Source of the DNA: an uncultured Anaerolineaceae bacterium
GTDB lineage: Bacteria; Chloroflexota; Anaerolineae; Anaerolineales; Anaerolineaceae
NCBI GenBank assembly: GCA_964405455.1
Contig: CAYOOA010000004.1
Location: 5,342 to 69,341 of the forward strand
Direction: 5' to 3'
DNA: 64,000 nucleotides
The notes under the pieces were generated by a model. That model saw nothing but the letters and a program-made list of their open reading frames with translations. It did no database searches and had not been told where the DNA came from. Within the stretch, counting starts at the first letter, position 1, and each line of letters begins with the position of its first letter. Below, in pieces: positions 45,018 through 54,973 of the stretch. The position numbers and the translations under genes are program-made.

Positions 45018-46055
45018 TTAAATTTCCTCTGGTGCAGGTGGGGGAACAACCTCGCCGGGTGAAGGTGGCTGTGGGGGATAAATGATCAGGCGGGATATGA
45101 GCGGCCCTGCGGTGGTGCGGCTCAAGTTCTCCCAGAGGCCTTTCGTCAGGGCAGCATCCCAATCCACGATGAATTCTTCGTATAGCCTGGTTCTGGCTGC
45201 GGCTCGGTCGGCCTGGAAGGCAAGCAGACCGGGTACCAGGAGGTTGAACGGGTCGGAACGGCCGTAAAACCAGGCGGTACGCTGCTTTTCCTCTTCCATG
45301 AAAACTGGCAGATAATCCGCCCAGACATCACAATCGTGCAACAAACCCAATTGATCCTGGAACTTGCGGCAGGTATTCTGGGACGGCTTTAATTCATCAG
45401 GATAGAGCGGGGCAAAGAGTTCAAGCGTATAGCGAAGATGCTTGGCTGTAATCCGCTGGGCATGGAGATCGAGGATGTTGGCAGGATCGCGGATCAGTTC
45501 CGAACGAGAGAAGAAATCAACCAGGCGGGAGGAAATGACTGAGTGAGCCAGGTCGTACAATTCGGCAGCAGGTGGAATTTGATCGTCTTGCAGCCCCGCC
45601 AGGGGATCGAGGAGCGTGTGCATATCCGCAGCCGTGCCGGAGGCTTCAAACTCCGCCAGGGTTTTTAGGACCCTGGTCTGTAATTTGGCCCGGCGCTGGT
45701 CCAGGCGCAGGATCAAGCGCCGGATACCCGGCACGAGCTGGCTGGTCGTGTGGATCTGATTGAGAAATTCCTGAAGGCTGACGATCTGTACATCCAGATC
45801 GCGGGCGGCACCCAGGGAGCGGGTGATGCGGCGAATGGGCTGGCCCCAGGAATTGATTTTCCTGGCGGGCAGGGCATTAATAAAAACCGGCAGGGCATTC
45901 CTCAACCGGCGCGAAGCCACACGCATACGGTGGATGTATTCTATGTCCTGCCCCTGGCGAACGCCTTCGATCTCCCCCGTCAACGCATCCAGGTGGCGAA
46001 GAATAAGCTTCGCTCCGAAGATGGCAATCGGTGTTGGCTCGGGAGACTTTTTCAT
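45018..46055 (-). CDS. stand-alone CHAD domain protein
   Basis: 'IHRMRVASRRLRNALPVF' and 'LHAQRITAKHLRYTLELF' match the conserved-His/Arg helical repeats of CHAD. No CYTH domain. ATG 46055 is chosen, 10 nt after the upstream stop. Confidence 0.82.
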   Translation of the reverse strand: MKKSPEPTPIAIFGAKLILRHLDALTGEIEGVRQGQDIEYIHRMRVASRRLRNALPVFINALPARKINSWGQPIRRITRSLGAARDLDVQIVSLQEFLNQIHTTSQLVPGIRRLILRLDQRRAKLQTRVLKTLAEFEASGTAADMHTLLDPLAGLQDDQIPPAAELYDLAHSVISSRLVDFFSRSELIRDPANILDLHAQRITAKHLRYTLELFAPLYPDELKPSQNTCRKFQDQLGLLHDCDVWADYLPVFMEEEKQRTAWFYGRSDPFNLLVPGLLAFQADRAAARTRLYEEFIVDWDAALTKGLWENLSRTTAGPLISRLIIYPPQPPSPGEVVPPPAPEEI

Positions 46056-46065
46056 CGATGATCGA

Positions 46066-46755
46066 TCAGGATTTTGGCAGGAAAGGCCGGATGTTTCGGC
46101 GCAACTCTTCATTCACAGTAGAGACAGCCCGGGAGGCATCAATAACAGCGAAGTTATATTCACTGGCCATTGCGTCGAACTGCTCGATCATACGGGTTTG
46201 GTAGAGAACAAAACTGTCATACATGTTATCTGCATGGGTAATATCCATGCCAGCTTCCCAGTAGTTGAATCCACGGCCGTGAACAATCCGTGAGACCAGA
46301 GAATTCATATCGGTGCGCAGGTAGAGCACAAGATCTGGTTTCAAGGCGAAGCCATAAACCTTCCGCGCCCAGCGTGGATCGGCGCCGCGAACGACATCTC
46401 GGGCTACAATGGAGTAAAAATAACGATCTGAAAGGACAATAAAGCCTGCCCGCAAAGCCGGGATTATCTGGTTTTCCAGCCGATCGGCAAAATCAGTGGC
46501 ATAAAAAAGGCTCATCGTCAACTTGCCCAGGGTGTGGCCTTGCTTTGCGGCATCCAGACCAGGCTGAGTGAGGGGGGAGCGGCGTAAGCCTGTATCGGAA
46601 ACCGCATAACCCTGTTCCTCCAGCCATTGGCGCAGCATGGTGATTTGCGTGGAGCGGCCAACACCATCCGTACCTTCCAATACAATCAAGCGGCCTGGGT
46701 AATCAGTCAGGCTGCGGTAAGGGAACCCTGCTCCGTAAAATTCTGCCTGTGTCAT
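46066..46755 (-). CDS. thymidylate-kinase-fold protein, paralog B (Walker-A Lys replaced by Arg)
   Basis: 'LIVLEGTDGVGRSTQ' (GRS instead of GKS/T), 'FYATDFADR' and 'VLSDRYFYS'. ATGA overlap with paralog A. Confidence 0.72.
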   Translation of the reverse strand: MTQAEFYGAGFPYRSLTDYPGRLIVLEGTDGVGRSTQITMLRQWLEEQGYAVSDTGLRRSPLTQPGLDAAKQGHTLGKLTMSLFYATDFADRLENQIIPALRAGFIVLSDRYFYSIVARDVVRGADPRWARKVYGFALKPDLVLYLRTDMNSLVSRIVHGRGFNYWEAGMDITHADNMYDSFVLYQTRMIEQFDAMASEYNFAVIDASRAVSTVNEELRRNIRPFLPKS

Positions 46756-47501
46756 TTACTGCCTCCTTCGGCCTGGGTCTGATTTGCTGGTTCTTCAATT
46801 CGCCGGGAGGGGCGCCGAGGAGAGAGGGTAGGATGTGGCAGTCCTTTCCAACCCCGCAGGGCTTGCTTAACCGTTTGCCGGACAATTTTTTGCTGTTCTT
46901 CGACTGCAAGTGTGCCGTCGACGACCGTGAAATTGAATTCCGGTACCATTAAATCATATTGATCGAGGATGCGGCCTTGAAACAGGCGGAAACTGGTGAC
47001 CTTGTTATCCGACAAACCCAGATCCATCCCGGCCTCGTAATACTTGATCTCTGCGCGTGAGGAGGTGATCCGGTCAACGGCCACGTCCAGGGGAACGCGG
47101 AAATAGAAGGCGATGTCCGGCTGGGTGGCGAAGGAATACAGGTTGCGCACCCATTCAGGATCGACGCCGCGGGCTACGTCACGGGCAAAGGCGGTGAAGG
47201 CGAAACGATCGGCAAGGACGATGACACCGGCTTTCAGCAAGGGTAAGATATGATTTTCCCAACGATCGGCAAAATCTGTTGCCTGGATGAGAGAAAAAGT
47301 AGTGGGGGTAAAAAGGCGATCCTTTTTACCAAACCGGGTGGTGGATTTAACAAGGTCAGAAGAGTTCCACTCGGAAAAATAGACTGAAAGGCCGTGCGAC
47401 AGCAGGTATTTATGCAGCAAATCAATCTGGGTTGATTTCCCACTGCCGTCAATGCCTTCCACAATAATTAATTTTCCGCTGTAATTGGCTGGTTTTAACA
47501 C
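46752..47501 (-). CDS. thymidylate-kinase-fold protein, paralog A
   Basis: 'LIIVEGIDGSGKSTQ', 'IQATDFADR' and 'VLADRFAFT'. GTG start 6 nt after GAGGG. Has a basic/Pro-rich C-terminal tail. Confidence 0.72.
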   Translation of the reverse strand: MLKPANYSGKLIIVEGIDGSGKSTQIDLLHKYLLSHGLSVYFSEWNSSDLVKSTTRFGKKDRLFTPTTFSLIQATDFADRWENHILPLLKAGVIVLADRFAFTAFARDVARGVDPEWVRNLYSFATQPDIAFYFRVPLDVAVDRITSSRAEIKYYEAGMDLGLSDNKVTSFRLFQGRILDQYDLMVPEFNFTVVDGTLAVEEQQKIVRQTVKQALRGWKGLPHPTLSPRRPSRRIEEPANQTQAEGGSK

Positions 47502-47600
47502 AGGACACCCTCAAAAACTGGATTCATATACGAGTTTGATTAATTATACAACAGAGTATGGTTGACTGAATCACAGCCTTGAGCTGGAAAATATCCATCA

Positions 47601-47623
47601 AAAAAGCCCGGAAGGGCTTTTTT
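47601..47623 (-). terminator. intrinsic terminator after phoU
   Basis: AAAAAGCCC-ggaa-GGGCTTTTT. On the minus strand the stem is followed by TTTTTT. Confidence 0.8.
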
Positions 47624-47630
47624 GATGATT

Positions 47631-48308
47631 TTATTCACTATCTTCGTCGTCTGCCTGTTCCAACTCCAATAATTCACCAGTGACAATAAAGATCGTGCGT
47701 TCGCAGATATTGGTAACCCGGTCAGCCATGCGCTCCAGGTTGTGGACGACCCACATTAAAAGATTGGCATGATCAATGGTTTCAGGGTTGGCTATCATGG
47801 ATGTGACGATATGGTTGGAAATCCGCACGTAAAGACCGTCAACAGCATCATCTTCCATGGGGATCGTGCTGGCGGCTGCAGTATCTTCCGAGATAAACGC
47901 ACCTAGCGCCCGGTGAAGCATGGAGACGGCTGAATCCGCCATCAGGCTGATATCGCGGATCGGGATGGGAATCTCGTAATTCTCGAGGTTGATGACCACT
48001 TTCCCAATCCCCTTGGCATAATCACCCATGCGCTCCAGTTCAGTGATGATTTCCAGGATGGCAGTCAATTTACGCAAATCCCTGGCCATGGGTTGCTGGG
48101 TGGCGATGATGATGAGAATGTTGTTTTCGATGGCAAACCTTTTTTCGTTGATCAGGTGGTCATCGTTGTAAATCTTCCTGGCGAGATGAATGTCGCGCAA
48201 GCGCAGTGCTTCGATGGATTTCAGTACAGCCTGTTCAACCATACTGCCGAGGAGAAGTACTTCATCCTGTAATTGATGTATCTGGCGTTCCAATGTATCA
48301 CGTGGCAT
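47631..48308 (-). CDS. phoU: phosphate signalling complex protein PhoU
   Basis: Two PhoU repeats ('ELERMGDYAKGI' and 'NLERMADRVTNI'). Located downstream of pstB. Confidence 0.93.
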   Translation of the reverse strand: MPRDTLERQIHQLQDEVLLLGSMVEQAVLKSIEALRLRDIHLARKIYNDDHLINEKRFAIENNILIIIATQQPMARDLRKLTAILEIITELERMGDYAKGIGKVVINLENYEIPIPIRDISLMADSAVSMLHRALGAFISEDTAAASTIPMEDDAVDGLYVRISNHIVTSMIANPETIDHANLLMWVVHNLERMADRVTNICERTIFIVTGELLELEQADDEDSE

Positions 48309-48403
48309 TATATTATTTTCTCCTCAACTCTTTTTCATCATCCTATTCACTGAGCCATATGATTACAGCTTACCATCTTAATATACTACAAGATTTGATA
48401 AAT

Positions 48404-49228
48404 CTATCCAAACCGACCTGTAACATAATCCTCTGTGCGTTTATTGGAGGGATTTGTAAAAATAATCTGGGTTCGATCAAACTCGATCAGGCTGCCTGAG
48501 CGGGTTTCGTCAATCATCATCATGGCAGTAAAATCAGAAACGCGGGCTGCCTGCTGCATATTATGAGTAACGATGATGATGGTATAACTTTTAGCCAGGT
48601 CATGCATTAATTCTTCGATACGTAATGTTGAAATTGGATCCAGGGCAGATGCAGGTTCATCCATCAGGATTATTTCTGGTTGGACTGCCAGGGCGCGGGC
48701 GATGCATAAGCGCTGCTGCTGTCCACCTGATAGGGATGTCCCGGATTGATGCAATTTATCCTTAACCTCATCCCATAATGCGGATTGCTTGAGGCTGCTT
48801 TCTACAATTCCATCCAGGTCGGAACGATTGCGGATGCCGTATAAACGGGGGCCATAGGCTACATTGTCGTAGATCGATTTTGGAAAGGGATTCGGTCGTT
48901 GAAATACCATTCCCACGCGGCGGCGGATGTCGACCACGTCAACACCGGGTGAGAAAATATTCATACCATCCAATAAGATAGAACCCTCGATATGCGCGCC
49001 AGGGGTCAGGTCGTTCATACGGTTAAAGGACCTAAGAAGCGTGGACTTTCCACATCCGGACGGTCCGATAATGGCAGTGATTTTATTTTCTAGGATGTTC
49101 AAGTTGATCGTGTTTAATGCGCGAAATTTTCCATAAAATACGGAGAGGCTCTGAACCTCCATCTTCACGCGTTTTTGATCAATTGAAGGCAAAATCTGAG
49201 TCTGGACAGATTGCAGGTTTATCTGCAT
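48404..49228 (-). CDS. pstB: phosphate ABC transporter ATP-binding protein
   Basis: '[12 protein letters not shown]', '[15 protein letters not shown]' and '[12 protein letters not shown]'. The true start may be the internal Met ('MEVQSL'). Confidence 0.94.
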   Translation of the reverse strand: MQINLQSVQTQILPSIDQKRVKMEVQSLSVFYGKFRALNTINLNILENKITAIIGPSGCGKSTLLRSFNRMNDLTPGAHIEGSILLDGMNIFSPGVDVVDIRRRVGMVFQRPNPFPKSIYDNVAYGPRLYGIRNRSDLDGIVESSLKQSALWDEVKDKLHQSGTSLSGGQQQRLCIARALAVQPEIILMDEPASALDPISTLRIEELMHDLAKSYTIIIVTHNMQQAARVSDFTAMMMIDETRSGSLIEFDRTQIIFTNPSNKRTEDYVTGRFG

Positions 49229-49230
49229 GG

Positions 49231-50175
49231 CTAACCTCTTAGTTTTTGTTTACGAATATTGATCCACACCCGGGCCAGGATGTTTGTCGACAGAACCACT
49301 ATCAACAGTACCAGGGCAACCGCCCAGGATTGTTCGATCCGCTCAGGGTAGGGTTGTTGGGCATACTTCCATAGAGTTAATGGGAGTGAATCGATGGGTG
49401 ACCCGAAGATGCGCTTTAGGATTTCAAAGATGCTTTGATGATTTGTAACTCCGCTCTGAATGATTGCGCCAAGATCGTAGCGCTCATTTCCGAGCGTAGT
49501 AAATAATAATGGTGCAGTTTCTCCGGCTGCCCGAGCGACAGCAAGGAGAACACCCGTGATAACGCCATCCAGGGCGGCAGGCAATAGGACACTGAGGGAT
49601 GTTTTCCATTCGGGAGCGCCAAGCGCCAGAGATGCCTCGCGAAGTGATCCTGGAACCAGCTTGAGCATTTCCTCCGTGGTTCGGATGATCGTGGGAAGCA
49701 TCAAAATTGACAACGCAGCAGCCCCTGCCAGGGCCGAATAATGACCCTGGGGTTTGACAATCAGGGCATAACCGAATAAACCGACAACGATGGAGGGTAC
49801 ACCCGCGAGCACATCTGTACTGAAGCGCAGGACAACACCCAGCATAGTATTCGGATGGCGGGAAGCATAAAATGCCGCCAGGACACCGGGAATAAATGCC
49901 AGGATGGTTGCAAGGAGGGTTACAACCAACGTACCTTCGATCGCGTGCAGGACCCCGCCGCCTTGAATCCCCATTGGCCGAGGCAGATGGATAAAGAAAT
50001 CCAGGTTGATGGATTTTCCTCCCCGAACGACGATGTATCCTATGATCCAGAATAAGGGTACCAGGGCCAGAAGAGTCAACACCCCGGAAATACTCAGCAT
50101 GAAGGAATTGGTGAGTTTGCGCTGATTCTTACGCCTGGTGACGCCTTGTTGCAGCAATTCTTTATATTCGGTCAT
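49231..50175 (-). CDS. pstA: phosphate ABC transporter permease PstA
   Basis: Six-TM permease with the EAA-like loop '[14 protein letters not shown]'. Operon position. Confidence 0.9.
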   Translation of the reverse strand: MTEYKELLQQGVTRRKNQRKLTNSFMLSISGVLTLLALVPLFWIIGYIVVRGGKSINLDFFIHLPRPMGIQGGGVLHAIEGTLVVTLLATILAFIPGVLAAFYASRHPNTMLGVVLRFSTDVLAGVPSIVVGLFGYALIVKPQGHYSALAGAAALSILMLPTIIRTTEEMLKLVPGSLREASLALGAPEWKTSLSVLLPAALDGVITGVLLAVARAAGETAPLLFTTLGNERYDLGAIIQSGVTNHQSIFEILKRIFGSPIDSLPLTLWKYAQQPYPERIEQSWAVALVLLIVVLSTNILARVWINIRKQKLRG

Positions 50176-51194
50176 GCCCTAACCTCCCCGCTAGTTTTTC
50201 GGGCGACACGCCAAACCAGCAGGCGAGCCAGGATATTTAAGATCAAGGTCAGGGCGAAAAGCAGGAAGCCAATTTCGACAAGCGAAGAAGTGTGGAGTTG
50301 TGATAAGGCCTCGCCAAATTCGTTGGCAATGATGCTTGCCATGGTGTAACCCGGACGGAGGAGTGAGAGTGAGCCTTCAATGCTGTTTCCGATTACCATG
50401 GTAACAGCCATTGTTTCGCCCAGGGCGCGGCCCAACCCAAGAATGATGGCACCCAGTATTCCGGAAAGACCGTAAGGCAAAAGAACCTGCCAAATTGTCT
50501 CCCATTGAGTTGCTCCGAGGGCCAGGGCAGCTTCACGTTGTGAATACGGGATGGCTTTCAAAACATCCCGGCTGACGGCTGCAATGGTGGGAATGATCAT
50601 AATGGCCAATATCAAACTGGCAGCCAGGCGTGAAGATCCGCTTTGCGGGATGGAGCCAGTAAAGAATAAGTTGATGCCTGGAATGTTGGAAAAAATGAAT
50701 GATAACGCATTACCTAATGGAGCAACCACGGTTGGAAGAAAAACAAAAATTCCCCATAAACCATAAATTACGCTGGGAATGGCGGCCAATAATTCCACCA
50801 ACCAGTTGAGTGGAGTTTGCAGCCATTCCGGGCATAATTCAGCCAGGAAGATGGCGATGCCCAAGCCAAGCGGGAGGGCAAAGATCAGGGCTACGAATGA
50901 TGTAATCAGGGTTCCGTAAATAAACGGCCAGGCTTGAAAATTGTCATGAACTGGATCCCAGGATGGATCAAGGGTAGGCAGAAGAAACCTGATACCGATT
51001 TCGTTCCTTGCCTGGGAAGAACCCTGCCATAATAAACCACCAATAGCCAGCATCAAGATTAAAATAAAGATAGACGCAAGGATGAGTAATCCCTTCCAGG
51101 GATGATCACCATGATCCAGAAATTGGGCGATCTTCCCGGATAAGCGTTTTGCTGGGGTGCCAGAATTTTCCATCATGATCCAATCTATATGCAC
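50172..51194 (-). CDS. pstC: phosphate ABC transporter permease PstC
   Basis: Permease with 'REAALALGATQWET'. ATGA overlap with pstA. Confidence 0.9.
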   Translation of the reverse strand: MHIDWIMMENSGTPAKRLSGKIAQFLDHGDHPWKGLLILASIFILILMLAIGGLLWQGSSQARNEIGIRFLLPTLDPSWDPVHDNFQAWPFIYGTLITSFVALIFALPLGLGIAIFLAELCPEWLQTPLNWLVELLAAIPSVIYGLWGIFVFLPTVVAPLGNALSFIFSNIPGINLFFTGSIPQSGSSRLAASLILAIMIIPTIAAVSRDVLKAIPYSQREAALALGATQWETIWQVLLPYGLSGILGAIILGLGRALGETMAVTMVIGNSIEGSLSLLRPGYTMASIIANEFGEALSQLHTSSLVEIGFLLFALTLILNILARLLVWRVARKTSGEVRA

Positions 51195-51247
51195 AGGTTC
51201 TGGAGGCGCAGGGGACAGCGCCTCCAGAACCTTAAAGTTTTATGCTC

Positions 51248-52390
51248 TTACTTTACAGGGGTTCCGTTACAGGTGACCTCTCCCAGTTTGGCAATTACCT
51301 GGTCGCGAATTGCAGTTGGCAGAGTGGAGTAGCCTAGATCTGCAGCAACCTTTCCGGCGGCCGGATCTGTCAAAGTCCAGGTCAGGTATTCGATGATTTT
51401 CTTTGCTTTTACGCAATCGGACATGGATTTGGTGTGCAGGATGATGTAGGTGTATCCGGTAATCGGCCAGCTGCCTTCACCAGGACCATCGACGATGGTT
51501 GCATTAAGATGCTCATCGAAAGCTGAAGCAAAATCAGACATGGCTGATTCGATGCTGGCAGCATTGACAGTGACTGTTTTGCCGGCTTTATTAATCAGAG
51601 CGGCCATGGAGAGCTTGTTTGAAATGGCGAAGGAGCTTTCCACGTAACCAATGGAGTTCTTGGTGTTGATAACTGCGGCGGCCACACCCTGGTTGCCCTT
51701 GCCACCGACACCATTGCCCGCTTTGTCAACCGGCCATTCAACTGTAGATGCACCCCCGGCTGTCCAATCCTGGCTGAAAGAAGTCAGGGCCTTGGTGAAA
51801 ATTTCAGTGGTTCCTGATCCATCCGAGCGATGGACGGCGGTAATGGTGGCGTCCGGCAGATAACCATCCAGACCGGGGTTTAATTTAACAATGGCAGGAT
51901 CGTTCCATTTATTTACCTTGCCATTATAAATATCGACGAGAGTCTGGCGATCCAGAACCAACGCGGGCACCTTGGCGTCTTTGGGGAAATCCTTGGCCCA
52001 AACGATATTGTAAATGACCGATACACCGCCAGCCAGCATGGGATACATCTGCAGGTCCTTGCCCTGGGTGTATTGATCCGCATTGAGCAGGGAGTCTGAG
52101 CCGGCAAAATCGAGGGTATTATCCAGGATGCCTGTTTTACCAGCCCCTGAACCAGTGCCCTGGTAATTGATCACAACGGAAGGATCAACATACTGATAAG
52201 CGTAGGTCCACTGGGTGTAGACGGGAAGCGGGAAAGTAGCTCCACCCGCATTGATCTGGATTGAACCAGGGGCCGCAGATGATTGTTCTCCCGTAGAAGC
52301 GGTGGGAGAGGCAGTAGGTGCAGTGCAGGCTGAGAGAAGCAAACTGACAGCCATCACCAAAATAAAAGAGAAATATACAGGTCGACGCAT
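51248..52390 (-). CDS. pstS: phosphate-binding lipoprotein PstS
   Basis: Lipobox 'LLLSAC', then 'GGATFPLPVY', 'YQGTGSGAG' and 'RSDGSGTT'. GGAG SD. Confidence 0.93.
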   Translation of the reverse strand: MRRPVYFSFILVMAVSLLLSACTAPTASPTASTGEQSSAAPGSIQINAGGATFPLPVYTQWTYAYQYVDPSVVINYQGTGSGAGKTGILDNTLDFAGSDSLLNADQYTQGKDLQMYPMLAGGVSVIYNIVWAKDFPKDAKVPALVLDRQTLVDIYNGKVNKWNDPAIVKLNPGLDGYLPDATITAVHRSDGSGTTEIFTKALTSFSQDWTAGGASTVEWPVDKAGNGVGGKGNQGVAAAVINTKNSIGYVESSFAISNKLSMAALINKAGKTVTVNAASIESAMSDFASAFDEHLNATIVDGPGEGSWPITGYTYIILHTKSMSDCVKAKKIIEYLTWTLTDPAAGKVAADLGYSTLPTAIRDQVIAKLGEVTCNGTPVK

Positions 52391-52409
52391 TTTCTAACTC
52401 CTTTTCGAT

Positions 52410-52479
52410 ATTCTTTGACAGTCAAAGAATAACATGCCAAGGTTAAGGAGCTAGAAAGGGATTGTTAACGTCTGGTCAA
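52410..52479 (-). promoter_or_regulatory. candidate Pho-box array and 21-bp palindrome upstream of pstS
   Basis: The minus strand has TTGACC (52479-52474), TTAACA (52468-52463), TTAACC (52446-52441) and TTGAC (52425-52421) on an ~11-bp register. A perfect palindrome, ATTCTTTGAC-n-GTCAAAGAAT, spans 52410-52430. Confidence 0.45.
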
Positions 52480-52487
52480 CAGCTTGT

Positions 52488-54260
52488 TTAATCTTTTTTA
52501 GCAGCCCCGGGAAGGGAGAAGAAAAACGTAGAACCTTGCCCCTCGACCGATTCCGCCCAGATCTTTCCCCCATGGGCTTCCACCAGATGCCGGGCGATGG
52601 ACAACCCCAAGCCGGTGCCGCCCCCTGATCGCGAACGATCCGTTTTGTAGAATCGCTCAAATATGCGCTGCAAGTCGCGGGGAGAAATCCCGCTGCCGGT
52701 ATCCTGAACCGAGAACGTGACGTCTGATGGGCGCGAAGAAGCCCGCAAGGTGATCCGACCCCCAGGGGGCGTGAATTTGATGGCGTTGTGAACCAGGTTC
52801 AGCATCACCTGCGAGATCCGCTCAGCATCTGCCAGGACGGGTGGTAAATCATCCTGGACTTCCAAAGAAAGGCTCAAGCCCGCCCGTTCTGCCTGCAAGT
52901 TCATCCGTTGGAAAGCTTCCTGGAGAATGGCAGCAGGGGAGATGGGTTTTCGATTCAAAGGTACCTTTCCAGACTCAATCCTGGAAAGTTCCAGTAGTTC
53001 CTGGACCATCTGGGTTAAGTTATCAATTTCAATTTCCATCTGGGCCAAAAACCTTCGAGCAGCCGTTGGGTCTTCGAGTGCGCCTTCCTGTAATGTTTCT
53101 GCCAGGGCTTTCAGGGAAGCCAGAGGTGTACGCAATTCGTGCGACACATTGCTGACGAAATCCCGTCGTATGGTTTCAAGATGGCGAATCCGGGTTAAAT
53201 CCTGGAAAACCAACAAAACGAAATCAGCCCCGATATTTGTAAGTGGAGATGCAATGATCTGCAAATAGAGGCGGTCTGGAAGGAGATCAATTGCAATTGT
53301 CTGGTCAGAATGGTCAGCTCTGCATTTTTTCCATAGTTCAACGATTTGATGGTCCCGCACGACTTCCACGATGGAACGACCGACAGATTGGGAACGCTCG
53401 ATATGGAACATGGTCAATGCTGCCTGGTTGATCAGGGCAATCTGTTCATTCGCATCCACCATGATGACGCCATCGGTCATATTGGCCAAAACGGCTTCCA
53501 ATTTTTCACGTTCGGTTTGAAGAGCAGTAATTTGGGCAGTCAACTGGGATGAAATGGTATCGAATGCGGTCGAAAGTTGTTTGATCTCGTCCGTCACATC
53601 CATCCGGCGGGCGACGGGCAGATCGATCGTATCGCTCAAGGATAACACCCGGCGGGTTAACTGGTTCAGGGGCCGAGTTATATACCTGGTCAGAATGATT
53701 GAAAGCAAAATGGTCAGGCCCATGACAACAAGGATTGTGAGAGTGATGGTTCTACCCACCATTTGGCGATTGGCCTGGATATACGCCTGGGGAACCGACA
53801 ACCGGATGACTGCAATTACAGTGTTGTTTTGGTAGACCGGTACGGCAGCATACAATCTTTGCTGGCGGGTTGTCGTGCTGTACCGTGACTCAGATGCCTC
53901 TTTTCCTTGCAGCGCTGCCTGTACTTCCGGGCGGGTGAGGTGATTTTCGAGTGTATCCACTGGGCGATCTGATTCGGCGATCACCTTTCCATCCGGCAAG
54001 ATGATCGTGATACGCAATTCGATCAATTTTGAAAAATTTACCACTTCCTCTTGCAGGGTGGAAAACGGATCTCCGGCCTCAATTAATGGGGTCACCTGGT
54101 CGCGTAGAATGCGAGCTTCTGTAAAGAGGTGATTTTCAAGCGAGGACAGATAGGAGCGATTGAAGGAAGAATTGAGTATGAGGCCCAATACTCCAATGGC
54201 AACGACCAGGAGCAGAGAGTAAAGGATTGCAAATCGCCAGCGGATGGGTAGTTTCATCAT
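52488..54260 (-). CDS. phosphate-regulon-type sensor histidine kinase (PhoR-like; TM-HAMP-PAS-HisKA-HATPase)
   Basis: 'SHELRTPL' H-box, 'NLVHNAIKFTP' N-box and 'DTGSGI...GGTGLGLSI' G-boxes. Lies next to pstS and overlaps the regulator gene by 1 nt. Confidence 0.86.
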   Translation of the reverse strand: MMKLPIRWRFAILYSLLLVVAIGVLGLILNSSFNRSYLSSLENHLFTEARILRDQVTPLIEAGDPFSTLQEEVVNFSKLIELRITIILPDGKVIAESDRPVDTLENHLTRPEVQAALQGKEASESRYSTTTRQQRLYAAVPVYQNNTVIAVIRLSVPQAYIQANRQMVGRTITLTILVVMGLTILLSIILTRYITRPLNQLTRRVLSLSDTIDLPVARRMDVTDEIKQLSTAFDTISSQLTAQITALQTEREKLEAVLANMTDGVIMVDANEQIALINQAALTMFHIERSQSVGRSIVEVVRDHQIVELWKKCRADHSDQTIAIDLLPDRLYLQIIASPLTNIGADFVLLVFQDLTRIRHLETIRRDFVSNVSHELRTPLASLKALAETLQEGALEDPTAARRFLAQMEIEIDNLTQMVQELLELSRIESGKVPLNRKPISPAAILQEAFQRMNLQAERAGLSLSLEVQDDLPPVLADAERISQVMLNLVHNAIKFTPPGGRITLRASSRPSDVTFSVQDTGSGISPRDLQRIFERFYKTDRSRSGGGTGLGLSIARHLVEAHGGKIWAESVEGQGSTFFFSLPGAAKKD

Positions 54261-54973
54261 CAGCCCTCAAAGCGGTAACCGGCGCCACGGACGGTGACAA
54301 TTCGGGTAGGGTTGGCCGGGTCGGCTTCAATTTTCTCCCGCAGCCAGCGGACGTGCACATCCACGGTTCGGCTATCCCCTGCATATCTCCAGCCCCAGAC
54401 CTGTTCAATGAGATGTTCGCGGCTAAGAACCACTCCGCGATGTTGGGCAAAATAAACCAGCAGGTCAAACTCCTGGGGCTTGAAGGTTAAAGGTTGGTTG
54501 TTCAAGCGGATTTCCCGACGTGTCAGGTCAATTTCCAAATCATTGAACTTCAGCACAACCGCTTCCTGGGCAGCGCCTTGGGCAGGTGTTTCCAACTCCT
54601 GGCGGTACAGCCGCACCCGTCGCAGCATGGCTTTGACCCGGGCCATCAATTCCCGCATGGAAAAGGGCTTGGTCAGGTAATCATCCGCGCCGACTTCCAA
54701 GCCAACCACCCGGTCAATTTCATCATCCCGGGCGGTCAGCATCAGGATGGGAGTATTCATTTCCTGGCGCAGGATGCGGCAAACCTCAAAACCATCCATA
54801 CCTGGCAACATGATATCGAGAAGAATCAAGTCCGGGTGGGTTTTACGGGCAAGCTCCAGGGCTGCAGGACCGGTGCCGGCAATATCCACTTCGTATCCCT
54901 GGCGTTGAAGATTGTAGGCCAGGGTTTCCTGGAGCGCTTTTTCATCATCCACAATCAAAATTCGATCAGGCAT
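54260..54973 (-). CDS. OmpR/PhoB-family response regulator
   Basis: 'ILIVDDE...[14 protein letters not shown]...TARD...DDYLTKPF' receiver domain and a winged-helix '[15 protein letters not shown]...VRGAGYRF'. ATG 54973 lies behind GGAGG, so the 55132 extension is rejected. Confidence 0.9.
   Translation of the reverse strand: MPDRILIVDDEKALQETLAYNLQRQGYEVDIAGTGPAALELARKTHPDLILLDIMLPGMDGFEVCRILRQEMNTPILMLTARDDEIDRVVGLEVGADDYLTKPFSMRELMARVKAMLRRVRLYRQELETPAQGAAQEAVVLKFNDLEIDLTRREIRLNNQPLTFKPQEFDLLVYFAQHRGVVLSREHLIEQVWGWRYAGDSRTVDVHVRWLREKIEADPANPTRIVTVRGAGYRFEG

Noticed and set aside
48309-52390. Impression that the pst operon is AT-richer than its flanks (possible horizontal acquisition)
   Set aside because: Hand counts of a few 60-nt lines ranged from about 35% to 58% GC, so this is inconclusive. 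It needs a sliding-window GC and codon-usage calculation that I cannot run. Synteny with phoBR/phoU argues for a native locus.
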